A DNA stretch of 64,000 nucleotides, from NCBI GenBank assembly GCA_964016885.1, contig OZ024761.1, positions 18,476,001-18,540,000 of the forward strand, in the 5' to 3' direction. Shown piece by piece: positions 24,294 through 38,514 of this stretch; within the stretch, counting starts at the first letter, position 1, and the number at the start of each line of letters is the position of its first letter. The stretch comes from Eledone cirrhosa (taxonomy: Eukaryota). Under the pieces are notes generated by a model that saw only the letters and a program-made list of their open reading frames with translations, ran no database searches and was not told the DNA's origin. Made by a program: the position numbers and the translations under genes.

Positions 24294-26380
24294 ATACATA
24301 TACACACTCACTCTGCAACCATCTATCTAATAAAATATTTTAAAAAGGTGCCCGCTTTTACCCCCGAATGATTTTGAATAATTTTATTGGGAGGAAAAAA
24401 TAAATTATATCCTTGGTCCGATTTAACGATTGGCCCCTTTCATTTCCTTATTCCTTATATGGGAGGAAAAGGGCTAGGATTGTTAAAGCAACGGAAGAAA
24501 GGATGAATGGGAGAGGGTGACAGACTCTACACCTAAGTCAGAGTGGTTGTTAAATCTTGAGCTTTTTTTGTGTCTGTTTGTGTGAATGGGGGGAGGGGGT
24601 CCTTTCCTTGCCTGTTGCCCCTGTATTTTCACAGTTCTGTATATGTACAAATATTCAAATTGTATATAATTCTTACATTTCTGTGAATATAATAAATATA
24701 TTACTTACAGAATGAAAATATAGACACATATAATATATACATATATACAAAATATATACAATCCTTGATGAATACTTCTTACAGAATGAAAATATAGACA
24801 TATATAATATATACAATTAATTATTGCTAGGAACCTTATAAATATAATGCACAAAAATATATGATCAAAGCGAGAGAGAGAAAAAAACATATTAATATGG
24901 GAATCGTTGGGTGGAGGGTTTGGGGGTCTTTATTATAAAGTTTTAATCATAAATAATGATGTCCTGACTACAAACCCCCCTCCAAACACTTGCTGTAATT
25001 TAATTGAGAACTGCCGTATCGATCGATCTCCCCGGTTTCCAGGAATTCACACACTTGTCCATTTAAATTTTCCCATTTACTTTCGTTTTAGTCTCGGAAA
25101 CGTCTGGCGCTATTTTATAAGGTTACCGGTATTTTGTGTGTGTGTATATATTTGTGTGTATATTATGTGTGTGTTTGTGTGTATTATGTATGTGTTTCTA
25201 TATTATGGTATATTTGTGTGCGTCTGTATATTATGTGTGTGTTTGTATATTATGTATGTGTTTGTATATTATGCGTATGTTATATGTGTATGTTTGTATA
25301 TTATGCGTGTGTTTCTATATTACGGTATATGTGTGTATGGGTTTGTGTGTGTTTCTATATTATGCATATGTGTGTGTTTGCATATTATGCATATGTGTGT
25401 GTTTGCATATTATGCATATGTGTGTGTTTGCATATTATGCATATGTGTGTGTTTGCATAGTATGCATATGTGTGTGTTTGCATATTATGCATATGTGTGT
25501 TTGTGTATTATGTGTATGGTATGTGTTTGTCCATTACGTGTATGGTATTTCTATCTTTGATTGTGCGTATGTTATATATGTATGTGTGTGTGTGTAAGTA
25601 TATGTGTTTAAAATACATTAACTGAAAGAGCACTTCATACCTGCGACCAGAATGCAGAGATGTGACAGTGACTTCGAAGTTTCAGCCAGAAGAAGGCGAC
25701 TAAGCTGGAACTTCGAAGTCACTGCTGCTTTTCTAAGAAGAAAAAAATTATATATAATATATGTGTGTGGGACTGTATGTCTTTGGAAGACTATGGTCAA
25801 AGACTCTCTCTCTCTCTCTCTAACACATTGATATTACTACAGCTGTAACGCGACCAATATATACACACACATATATACATATATATATATATGTGTGTGT
25901 GTGTATGTATGTATGTGTATATATAATCCATCGACTTTGGTCGTAAACAGACGTAAAGCATTCTACGAGTTGTATTCCTTAAAGTATTATCAATAAGGTA
26001 TCAACCATGCGATTACTTCGATGTCTTCGAAATACGCATAATAGGATTATATAATAAACAGAGGATGTACATTTAAAATCGTCTCTCTCTTCTTTATAAT
26101 ATATATATATGTGTGTGTGTGTCTTTGTAGTACTTTCAGAATGTCAGTCTCCCAATAAAAACTCCCACACTTTTTATTATTATTAGTTTTCTAATAATAA
26201 ACTAATTAACAATGAAAAAAAGGGAAACATAACCATTGTGTGTTCATAAATATACATATATATATATACATATATATATATATACATATATATATATACA
26301 TATACATACATATATATATATACATATACATACATATATATATATACATACATACATACATATATATATATACATACATA

Positions 26381-26412
<32 letters not shown>

Positions 26413-26555
26413 CATATATATACATACATACATATATATACATACATACATATATATATATATACATACATATATATATACATACATATATATATACATA
26501 CATATATATATACATACATATATATATATACATACATATATATATATATATATAC

Positions 26556-26630
<75 letters not shown>

Positions 26631-26777
26631 CATACATCATCATCATCATCATCATCAGGTTTAGCGTCCGTGTTCCACGCTTGCATGGGTTTGGACGGGG
26701 GTTTTCCCACTTGAGGCAAGAGTGGTTGTCTTGCTCGCATAGGACTGGATATATATATATATATATACATACATATA

Positions 26778-27121
26778 TCATCATCATCATTTCATTTTAC
26801 GTCCACTTTTCCCTGCTTGCAAGGGTGGGACGGGAACTGATCCTGGCTTGATTTCTACAGCTGGATGCCCTTCCTAACACCAACCTCATTTACAGTGAGT
26901 GCTGGGTGCTTTTTTTTTTTCCGTGGCACCTCCACGACCACCTTACAGTGGAATGATAGGGACCCCAGTCCCTATCATCTCATTTCTACAGCTGAGTAAA
27001 CTGGAGCAATGTGAAATAAAGTGTCTTGCTCAAGGAAACAACACATCACCCGGTCTGAGAATTGAACTCACAACCTTTCGATTGCAAGGCCAATGCTCTA
27101 ACCACTAAGCCATGTGCCTCC
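26778..27121 (-). mobile_element. CORE-like SINE family 2, full length
   Basis: Reverse complement of 7787-8120. Confidence 0.88.
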
Positions 27122-27133
27122 ATATACATATAT

Positions 27134-27172
<39 letters not shown>

Positions 27173-27304
27173 ATTACCATAACAGATGTCCGACAAGATT
27201 TGATTCGGGCCACATCGATACAGATCAATACAGATCGATACACATCGATACAGATCGAGACCTGAGCTGATCAATCACGAAATGGGCGTCATACCTCAAT
27301 AAAC

Positions 27305-27670
27305 ATAAATGTTTCTACTTTTGGCGCAAGGCCAGCAATTATCCCAGTGTATTACTGGTACTTTATTTTATCGACCCCCGTAAGGATGAAAGGCAAAGTT
27401 AACCTCGGCGGGATTTGAACTCAGATTGTAAAGGGACGTAACTATGCTGGAAAGCATGTCCGATCTTCTACCGATGCTCCAAAACATAATTGTTTCTACT
27501 TTAGGCACAAGGCCAGCAATGACCCAGTGCATTACTGGTACTTTATTTTATCGACCCCGTAAGGATGAAAGGCAAAGTCAACCTTGGCGGGATTTGAACT
27601 CAGATTGTAAAGGGACGTAACTATGCTGTAAAGCATGGCGTCCGACCCTCTACCGATACTGCCAATCCAA
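27305..27670 (-). mobile_element. Two tandem family 1 SINE copies
   Basis: Repeated GTACTTTATTTTATCGACCCCGTAAGGATGAAAGGCAAAGT..GGGATTTGAACTC. Confidence 0.85.
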
Positions 27671-27758
27671 AACATAATGAAGATCGAACACGTCCTTTTT
27701 AGTATATATTAATATTAAGAATATTAATAAATGGAAAATATCTTTATATAACCATATT

Positions 27759-27819
27759 TATTTTATTATACATATTTCAAGGGTACTAATATTTAAGTAC
27801 GCTTTCGTCAGATAAAATA
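27759..27819 (-). ncRNA. Type I hammerhead motif, family A2
   Basis: UAUUUUAU-CUGACGA-(GUACU/AGUAC)-GAAA-UAUGUA-UA^AUAAAAUA. Confidence 0.85.
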
Positions 27820-27885
27820 ATCCTCAATGGGCTTATACCATTAAGTTCACATAAAGATATGTCACTATCTTAACACCAAATATTA

Positions 27886-27946
27886 TATTTTATCTGACGA
27901 AAGCGTACTTAAATATTAGTACCCGTGAAATACGTATAATAAAATA
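27886..27946 (+). ncRNA. Type I hammerhead motif, family A2
   Basis: UAUUUUAU-CUGACGA-(GUACU/AGUAC)-GAAA-UACGUA-UA^AUAAAAUA; palindromic stem III. Confidence 0.88.
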
Positions 27947-28446
27947 AATATGGTTATAAAAAGATATTTTCCATTTATTAATATTCTTAATATTAATGAT
28001 ACTCCAGATAAAACCTTGTAGAGTGCTTCTAATCTGTTGTAAAATTAACTTTGTTGAATTCAACAAATCATATAACTCATTGTTTATATATATATAAAAC
28101 TAAGAGCAAAGACAATAGAAAAAACGGACAAAAAACAGTACAGTCTCTTCTCATCAGTTGACCTCTCAAAGTCTTCATGGTTTTGGTATTTATAGGTTGA
28201 TACCACTAGCTCCAATGCACATAGGACAGTAAAAAATGGACACTATATATGTACTCATGCACACAGACACACACAGTCATGTAGAATTGTGTCAGTGACT
28301 AGGTTTGCAAAGAGTGCAACAAAAATGTTGACAGCTTGAAATAAATCATAAATGAAGATTTAATGTATCAGTTTTTGTGTGGTTTGTGAAAGGATAAAAT
28401 AACTCTTCCACAATGTAGTTGCTATATAATATATATATATATACAC

Positions 28447-28539
<93 letters not shown>

Positions 28540-28682
28540 TATAGTTAAAAGAATAGAGGTGTAACACACAAGTTATTATATATTGGTAAACGGAATAGAA
28601 AATGTATATATATATATATACATATGTATATATATATATGTATATATATATATGTATATATATATATGTATATGTATATATG

Positions 28683-28718
<36 letters not shown>

Positions 28719-28789
28719 TATATATACATATATCATCATCATCATATATATATATATATATATAAATATATACATATATATATACATAC

Positions 28790-28830
<41 letters not shown>

Positions 28831-29344
28831 TATACATATATATATACATACATATATATAAATATATACATATATATATATAAATATATACATATATATA
28901 TATATATATATACATAAATATATACATATATATATATACATATATATATATATAAATATATACATATATATATATACATACATACATATATATAAATATA
29001 TACATATATATATACATATATACATATATATATACATATATACATATATATATACATATATATATATATATAAATATATACACACACATACATATGAAAA
29101 ATGGTCGTTTTTTCGAAGCCTCTACAATATATATACACACACACACATATGTATGTATGTATGTATATAAATATTTATTGTGTGTGTGAATGTCTGAGAC
29201 AAGGAATTACCATGACATTATACACTGATGTATTGTTTCACTGAACAATAGTTCATTAAATGTAGTAATGTATCTTGTGGGCGTAGGTTCAATCCATTGG
29301 TAAGTCTGTCTATCTATCCATGTATCTATCTATCTATCTATCTA

Positions 29345-29490
29345 CCAACGGAGGGCTGGGGCTGCCGTGGCTGACGATGCGCAAACACGCGCTCAGGCTG
29401 CGGCATCTCTACATATTCCTCACCGGACAACTTCCCCCTTTGTATTTGTCCCCTTCTTTTGTGCCCCTGTGGCTAATGAAGAAACATATC
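29345..29490 (+). mobile_element. Tx1-like LINE 3' tip in TATC repeat
   Basis: Shares CTTCCCCCTTTGTATTTGTCCCCTTCTTTTGTGCCCCTGTGGCTAAT with the copy ending at 10130. Confidence 0.65.
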
Positions 29491-30000
29491 CATGTATCTA
29501 TGTATATCTATGTATATATATATATATTCAAAATAGGGAATGCACAGGACAAAACAATGGAAAAAAACAACAGAAAAACAGACTATCCAATCTCCTCGGT
29601 CAACCTCTTATATATATCATCATCGTCGTCATCATTATCACCATTTAACATCTGTTTTCTACGGGTGCATGGGTTAAACAGGTTGTCACACTCTCATGTT
29701 TGACAGACAGGTCAGACAACTATGTCTTCTAATCATCAGCATCATCACTGTTTTATGTCCATGTTTCCACGCTAGCATGGGTTAGAAGAGTTGTCCTGTT
29801 GTGGGCAATGCTAGGTCAGGTGACCATGTCTTGCTCATACAGAACTGATTTTGGCTTGGTTTCTACGGCTGGACGCCCTTCCTAGCGCTAACCTCATTTA
29901 CAGTGAGTACTGGGTGCTTTTTGTCGTGACATCTACACAACCACTTTACAGTGTGGGTTGGGTGTTTTTTGCCATATCGCCATCATGTCCACTTTACAGT

Positions 30001-31345
30001 ATGGGCTGGCATTCTTCTATTTCATGTCGATATTGCTCCGTTGTGATTGTTTCGCCAGGATTCAGAAATCTGTACTGGATTAATCTAGTTGCAGCCCACC
30101 AAACTGTCCTTGTAACCTTCTTTTGGTGTAATTTCAGCTTTGGGAAGTGTTTAGGGCAGTGGTTCCTTTTCTGCACTATGCTCCACTTCTTTTTTTCTTC
30201 ATCCACTTATTCCTGAGAAGGCCGTGTGGAGGGCAGAGACCTCAAACACTCGCTCCAGTGGGTTGTGTCAGAAGCAACCGTCTCCAACTAATCCAGTTGG
30301 ATTCCCAAGCGTGACCAGCCAGGTTCATGGATATTATCCAATCGTCTTGATTGGAGTCTACCCCTGGGTCTCCCACCAGTTGGTTTCACCTGTAAAATCA
30401 GTCCAGTGATTCTTTCCTGAGACATTCTAACCACATGCCCGTAATATCAGAGCTGTGATCCCTCAATTCAGAGAAGTAGTTGCTCTACCTGGAGTGACTC
30501 CTCTAATCTCTGAGCTATGCACAACATCTCGAAAATTACGCCCCCCACCCTCACCCCAACCCCCGACAAATTGGTGTATAGGTAGTGCCTGATGCACAAT
30601 AACACGTGGAAGAGGTGAGGCAGGAGTTTCCGACAGTAATGTCTTACCAAAGTTGCCTTGGTGCAAAAGTAATTAGATAACACCTGAAATTTATTTTCAG
30701 TAACATAATTTTCAAGTTGCCCCACTGTGGGGGCATGAGCAACACATTTGGGTATCACTGGTTTACGAGCTTCATCTCGGTCCAAGCATAGTGCTGAATG
30801 TTGTCAGTTGTTATATAGGATCCACTTTTTAACACATGTTACAATGCAGTCAAAAATGGGTCGTTTTTGTTGTGCAAAAGAAGCAAAGTTCAAACCCCAT
30901 TGACTTCATAATTGTTTCTACTTTAGGCACAAGGCCAGCAATTCCCAGTACATTACTGGTACTTTATTTTATCGACCCCGTAAGGATGAAAGGCAAAGTT
31001 AACCTCAGCAGGATTTGAACTCAGACCGTAAAGGGACGTAACTATGCTAGAAAGCATGGCGTCCAACTCTCCACCGATACTGCCAATTCTCCACCCCATT
31101 GACTTCATAATGATGGTTTTTCTGGTTTTCATTCAATTAGTGTGGCACCCATTTTTCAGGCTTCTCCAATTTTCCAGTTTGGTTCAAATCTTCATAAATT
31201 ATTCCAAATCTTACATCTAGCTATCTTCCAAGCCACCAAACAGTTGTGCAAAGATCATCAATGCCTTCATTCAATTCATCATTGTCAATGACAGAAAGAC
31301 ATCTGAGAACTGCCTTATCTTCAAGAGTGAATTCACCATGACGGG
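30001..31345 (-). pseudogene. Fragmented mariner (Hsmar1/cecropia-like) transposase interrupted by SINE, MITE and RTE insertions
   Basis: Collinear pieces: ...QTGKLEKPEKWVPH (31140-31345), DCIVTCVKKWILYNN*..LDRDEARK (30765-30895), PKHFPKLKLHQKKV..TVWW...FLNPGETIT (30001-30155). Confidence 0.85.
30913..31092 (-). mobile_element. Family 1 SINE with 19-bp TSD
   Basis: ACCCCATTGACTTCATAAT at 30894-30912 and 31093-31111. Confidence 0.9.
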
Positions 31346-31876
31346 ATTTTTTAACCCTTTAGTATTTAAACCGGCCATATCCGGCCAGAATTCTCTCATC
31401 TCTTTCTGTTCAAACCAGCCATAACTAGCTGCTCATATTTATGATTTTCTCAAAATAAATATCATAATCTCATAGATTCGATATTATATTGGGCTGCAAT
31501 ATGGCCAAAATAAATTTGGCAAAAATCCCATTTTGACATTTTAACATCAAAGATCTGAAAATTGACAAAAATGCAAATATCAATCCCAGTACTTCCCCCA
31601 TTTCCCCACCCCACAAATTGTTGGCCTTGTGCCTAAATAAGAAATCATTATTTACATGGTATTTGTAACATAACTTAACGAAAGGTTCATATATAAAATG
31701 ACGCTGGAAAATTTTAATTTGTATAGAAACCCTTTAAAACTAATGGGGTTTGGGGGGATGGAGATGGGTGTCATGGAATTAGAGGTGGTTTTGGATGGGT
31801 TGGTACTGAAAGGGTTAAATGTACACATGTCTGTGGAATATTCAACATGTGTGCATTCATCTGCTTTCGGCCTTTT

Positions 31877-31918
<42 letters not shown>

Positions 31919-31954
31919 GTCATACTGATCTAAACATGTGATAAATCTCCCATT

Positions 31955-32001
<47 letters not shown>

Positions 32002-32124
32002 TGTATATATATATATATATGTGTGTGCGTATATATAATGTTACATTCTTAATGTAATGTGAACATTGGAATTGGTTGGCTGGATGGAATTTTAGATATT
32101 CATTCGCACTGTTTTACTTATATA

Positions 32125-32149
<25 letters not shown>

Positions 32150-32165
<16 letters not shown>

Positions 32166-32670
32166 ATGTATATGTTTCCACGTTTATATATGTGTGTGTG
32201 TGTGTGTGTGTGTATGTATATGTTTCCACGTTTATATATATATATGTGTGTGTGTATGTATATGTTTCCACATTTATATGTGTGTGTGTATGTATATGTT
32301 TCCACATTTATATATATATATATATATATGTGTGTGTATGTATATGTTTCCACATTTATATATATATGTGTGTGTGTATGTATATGTTTCCACATTTATA
32401 TATATATATGTGTATGTATATGTTTCCACATTTATATATGTGTGTGTGTGTGTGTATGTATGTTTCCACATATATATATATATATGTGTGTGTATGTATA
32501 TGTTTCCACATTTATATATATATATATATGTGTGTGTGTATGTATATGTTTCCACATTTATATATATATATATATGTGTGTGTATGTATATGTTTCCACA
32601 TTTATATATATGTGTATGTATATGTTTCCACATTTATATATGTGTGTGTTTGTGTGTGTGTGTGTGTATA
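32150..32670. repeat. Compound minisatellite [GTATGTATATGTTTCCACATT(TA)n(TG)n]
   Basis: About 11 units. Confidence 0.9.
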
Positions 32671-32677
32671 TATAAAC

Positions 32678-33001
32678 AGGGTGGGTGGAAAGAAACTCCC
32701 TATTTGAAATTGTTTATAACTTTGTTAATTATTGGTCGATTTTCAAAAAAACATGTTTTATTTTCAACAGTATAATGGTAGAAGTAGAGTACAGTGTTAA
32801 AATAGGCACCAGTGTTGTCCACCAGTGTTTGTAATCATCTTAGTATACCCTCGACTGACTTCATCAAGAACTCAGGCAGTGTGTTCGTCAGTACACGACG
32901 AATGCGTTCCTCCAATTGACTCAGAGTTTTTGGTTTTAAGCTATAAACTTCTTTTACCCAACCCCCCACAAGAAGAAAATTACATGGTGTTAAGTCAGGA
33001 C
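32678..33001 (-). pseudogene. Decayed Tc1/mariner 3' end (transposase C-terminus plus TIR)
   Basis: Minus strand SPDLTPCNF(L/F)..WGWVKEVY with a frameshift; CAGGGTGG terminus. Confidence 0.65.
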
Positions 33002-33214
33002 TTCACCATCAGCATCACCTGATGCATCAGTATGGCTAGGTGACAGCGAGGCCAAGACATTGGAATAACCAAGCACCCTCACTAGGAATATCACTTGATA
33101 TTTTATTAAGGCTGTGTGATAGTGAGGCTAAGACAGGAATAACCAAGCACCCTCACCGGGTGCATCAGCTGATATTTCGGTAAGATCAATTGATAGCGAG
33201 ACTAAGACACAGGA

Positions 33215-33283
<69 letters not shown>

Positions 33284-33287
<4 letters not shown>

Positions 33288-33434
33288 GTATTTCCCGGCG
33301 TCGGAGATACTTTGTCCTCGAGGACATCTAATTTTGACAACCAAAAATTTGAAAAATAAAATAGGAAACAACCTTCAGCCTCCAGGACGCATGGTAGATT
33401 TTTGAGACTTATTTTGATGCTGGAAAATATGGTA
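33284..33434. mobile_element. pogo/Tigger-type MITE
   Basis: TACCGTATTTCCCGGCGTC ... GATGCTGGAAAATATGGTA TIRs in a TA tract. Confidence 0.75.
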
Positions 33435-33442
33435 TATATATA

Positions 33443-33920
33443 TCATCATCATCATCATCATCATCATCTAACGTCCGTGTTCCACGCTTGCATGGGTTTG
33501 GACGGGGGTATTCCCACTTGAGGCAAGAGTGGTTGTCTTGCTCGCATAGGACTGTCTGGCAGGTTTTCTACAGCTGGATGCCCTTCCTAACACCAACAAC
33601 ATTTACAGTGTGGGACTGGGAGATTTTACCGTGTTGCCTACACAGTCACATTACAGCGTGGACTGTCTGGCAGGTTTTCTACAGCTGGATGCCCTTCCTA
33701 ACACCAACCACATTTACAGTGTGGGACTGGGAGATTTTACCGTGTTGCCTACACGGTCACATTTACAGCGTGGACTGTCTGGCGGGTTTTCTACAGCTGG
33801 ATGCCCTTCCTAACACCAACCACATTTACAGTGTGGGTCTGGGAGGTTTTTACCGTGTTGCCTACACGGCCACATTACAGCGTGGACTGTGTGTTTTTTT
33901 TGTCGTGACACCTACATGAC
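33443..33920 (-). mobile_element. Short RTE-tailed SINE-like element with internal triplication
   Basis: Three copies of GGACTGTCTGGC.GGTTTTCTACAGCTGGATGCCCTTCCTAACACCAAC; relatives at 10612-10775, 29740-30000, 38548-38762, 49885-50160 and 53970-54185. Confidence 0.75.
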
Positions 33921-34281
33921 CTCATTTGTTTCGGCCTGGATGTTGTGGCACCAACATAACCAATATATATATATATATATATAAAGATCCCATAACTCCT
34001 TGTGGAATCATAGAGGCACCATCATATGGCATGTCTAGGGCACATTTAAACCTGGCGGAGCCCAACCCTCTCCAGGTCTGAACACACACAATTTTTTTCT
34101 ATAGAGGAAGAATAGACCCCAGTACTGGACTGGTACTTTTTTTATCGACCTTGAAACGAAAGGATGAAAGGCAAAGTTGACCACGGCGGGATTTGAACTC
34201 AGAGTGTGCAATATGGTGGGACGAATACCGTAAAGCATTCTTTCTGATCCGACGTCTTAAGAATTCTACCAAATCATCGCC

Positions 34282-34384
<103 letters not shown>

Positions 34385-34509
34385 AAAGAAATACATATTT
34401 ATTATCGCCTGATATTGAAAATATGAAACTTGAAACTCAGAGTTAAGATTTGTCTAGTTTCAGTTTCTAAAATATATTTTTTTTATATTAATACACTCAC
34501 ATATGTTTG

Positions 34510-34997
<488 letters not shown>

Positions 34998-35985
34998 CAC
35001 ATACACACATCCACTAAATATGGTCTGATATTTCCTGGTACTTCATATTCTTAAAGAAATATTCTTCAAGTGTGTAGAACCTCTCCTCCCACTGCTGCTG
35101 CTACTACTACTAGTATGATAGTTCACTTTCTTTTCCTCTTTCTCCACCTCTCCACATGTTCCCCCCTCCTATCTTTTAATCTGTTAAGGAAATGAGAGAT
35201 CCCCAACATGGTGGCCATATTCTGCTAGAAATAGCAACTAAACATCACTCGAATCACCCCCGTCCTTTGTCATCGTAAAGAACAGTTGAAAAAAGAAACA
35301 ATTTTTTTTTTAAATTTACAACCTATGTAGGTTTTATTTAGCTATTCAGCCCTTCACATATGATGTTGCATCTCATAGTTCGTTTCTGAGGTGTTTTAAT
35401 TATAGGGAAGCCCTGTCATATCATCCACATCGTCATCATCATCACTGCTTAACATCCATTTTCTATACTTGCATGGGTTAGATGGGCTGCCACATACTAA
35501 GTATATAAACTTATAAAATCTTATTAGCACCTGGAGAACGGTCACTACTTTGATGCCTCTTGTTTTATGGAACTATGGTCTAATTAGGGCCTTCAAACTT
35601 TGGGTAGCGCCTTTGTTCAAATAAATAATATAATACATATATATATAAATATATTCGATATGTCTCATATGAAATAATACAGCCAATTTTCCACGCAATA
35701 CTTTTAGTTAGCACCCCAAACGCATAATTAGGAATATAATCACTTATTTCCTAATGTTTGTTGAGTGAGTTGGAATTTGGTCGGAGTATCGCTAAAAAGC
35801 TTTCTCCGATATTGTATTTATTTATTATATATATATATTTAGGCACAAGGCCAACAATTTGTGGGGTGGGGGAATGGGGGAAGTACTGGGATTGATATTT
35901 GCATTTTTGTCTATTTTCAGATCTTTGATGTTAAAATGTCAAAATGTGATTTTTGCCAAATTTATTTTGCCCATATTGCAGCACA

Positions 35986-36032
<47 letters not shown>

Positions 36033-37044
36033 ATATATGTATATACATATATATATATGAAACGAGTCATCTGGGAAATGATATATTTGATATATTGCAT
36101 ATGAAATAATACAGCCAATTATCCACACAATACAATATAGCTAGCACGCCAAACGATTAATTGGGAATATACTCAGGTATTTCCTAATGTTTGTTGAGTG
36201 AGTTGGAATTTGGCCGGAGTATTGCTTTTAGCTTTCTCCGATTATGTATTTATATATATATATATTGTATATGTTGTTGTTGTTATAAATCACACACATG
36301 AAGGTTTACTACTTCAAAGCTTCATCTCAAAGGTGGTTTTTGAAGGGGTGTTTTAATGATAAGGGCCTCGCTGTTGTATAAAGCAACAGGGATCGAAACC
36401 TTGATCTCATGCTTATGAAGGGGACTTCTTAACCACTCTGCTTTACCTTAGACATTTAGTGTAGGTGTGGCATGGAGGAAATATAGAAATATAAAATGAA
36501 ACTTGACCAGATCAGACCAGAGTTTGAATGGCTTTTTAAGTGGTCAAATGGCCTGACATTTTTTAATTTTCATTTTTTTCCTGTAAAAAATTCTATGAAT
36601 AAACCAAGCACTAAGCACTTATCACAACAGTAGTATGACTGCCTGTCTGTCTCTCCCTCTTTCTCTCTGTTTCGCTCTATCTATCTATCTACCTATCTTC
36701 TTTTTCCTGTAAAAAATTCTATGAATAAACCAAGCACTAAGCACTTATCATAGCAATGGTCTGTCTGTTTTTTCGTCTTTCTCTATCTGTCTTTCCCTGT
36801 CTCTCTCTTTCTCTTCCCTGCCGTATATATCCTCCATCTCGCTCTCTTAAAGTGGTCCACTCCCCCTCATCATCATCATCATCATCATTAACGTTATTAT
36901 TGTTTTTTATTGTGCATCATTACTGTTTATTGAACACAGTTCTGTGCACCTTGGCTATGAGCAGTGTAGTTTTTGCTGCTGTTGTTTCTATTGTATTGAT
37001 AATATTTTTCGTAATATGTGTGCAGTGCCTAGTAGTGCTATTAT

Positions 37045-37680
37045 TAATCCCGCCGAGGTTAACTTTGCCACTCATCCTTATGGGGTCGATACAATAAAGT
37101 ACCAGTCACACACTGGGGCCGATTTAATCGACTTTCCCCTCCCCAAAATTGCTGGCCTTGTGCCTATATAAGAAACCATTATTATTATTATTATTAATGA
37201 GGTCAACTTTGCCTTTCATCCTTACGGGGGTCGATAAAATAAAGTACCAGTAATACACTGGGATAATTGCTGGCCTTGTGCCAAAAGTAGAAACAATTAT
37301 TATTATTATTAGGGCGATGGATTGGCAATCTCGGTAGATGGTCGGACACCCTGCTTAGCAGCAAAGAGGTATGGCCCTTTACAGTTTGAGTTCAAATCCT
37401 GCCAAGGTTAACTTTGCCTTTCATCCTTACAGGGTCGATAAAATAAAGTACCAGTAATGCACTGGGGTAATTGCTGACCTTGTGCCAAAAGTCGAAACAA
37501 TTAAATACCAGTAATGCACTGGAGTAATTGCTGGCCTTGTGCCAAAAGTAGAAACAATTAAATACCAGTAATGCACTGGAGTAATTGCTGGCCTTGTGCC
37601 AAAAGTAGAAACAATTAAATACCAGTAATGCACTGGGGTAATTGCTGGCCTTGTGCCAAAAGTAGAAACAATTATTATTA
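37045..37680 (+). mobile_element. Cluster of family 1 SINEs with a tandemly repeated 57-bp tail
   Basis: TACCAGTAATGCACTGG.GTAATTGCTGGCCTTGTGCCAAAAGTAGAAACAATTAAA four times. Confidence 0.85.
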
Positions 37681-38035
37681 TTATTTGTAATATATGCTAT
37701 CATTTAAACATGTTTGTATCACAGAACCAAGTGCAGTTTCAGGCGGATTTGTTTGTCTTTGATTTGAAGGAAACTTGGCTGCTATTTCTAGCATTTTAAG
37801 TGCTTATTTCATGTCTCCCTGGTTAGGTGTTTAGGAGGTCAGGGTTCATATATTCATATCAATGATAATGTGAGTCAGCCCCCTTCTTTACATAAACTCT
37901 ACAGAATGGTGTGAGTGTTTGGTGCTGGTGATGGTAATGGTGGTGGTAGTAGTAGTGGTGGTAGTGTGCATTGTGAGGGAATGGGTGGTGGTTGTAGTGA
38001 TGGGGATAGCAGTGGTGTTGGTAGTGGTTAAGATG

Positions 38036-38072
<37 letters not shown>

Positions 38073-38297
38073 ATGTGTGTGTGTATATATGTGTGTGTGT
38101 GTATATATATATACACACACACACATATTAAGTTGTACACAGCTTATTTCCCTATACACACAACTGCATTGACCTCTGATATATATATTTCAAGCGTTAA
38201 ACTAATATATTCCTTCCATATACTGTACTGTTTCTGTTGTTATTTCTGTTTATATATATTCCCTATAATATCCCCTATAACCTCACCAATATACACT

Positions 38298-38343
<46 letters not shown>

Positions 38344-38514
38344 ATACATTAACAGAGAAAGCTTTAAGCAATACTCCGACCGGCTTCCGTCTCACTCAAC
38401 AAACATTAGGATATACCTTAGTATAATCCCAATTATACGTTTGGGGTGCTAACTATATGTATTTTGCGGAGAGCCAGTTGTATTATTTTATATGAGACAT
38501 AATTAAAATACATC

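Noticed and set aside
28140-28180. CUGAUGA on minus strand
   Set aside because: No downstream GAAA or helices
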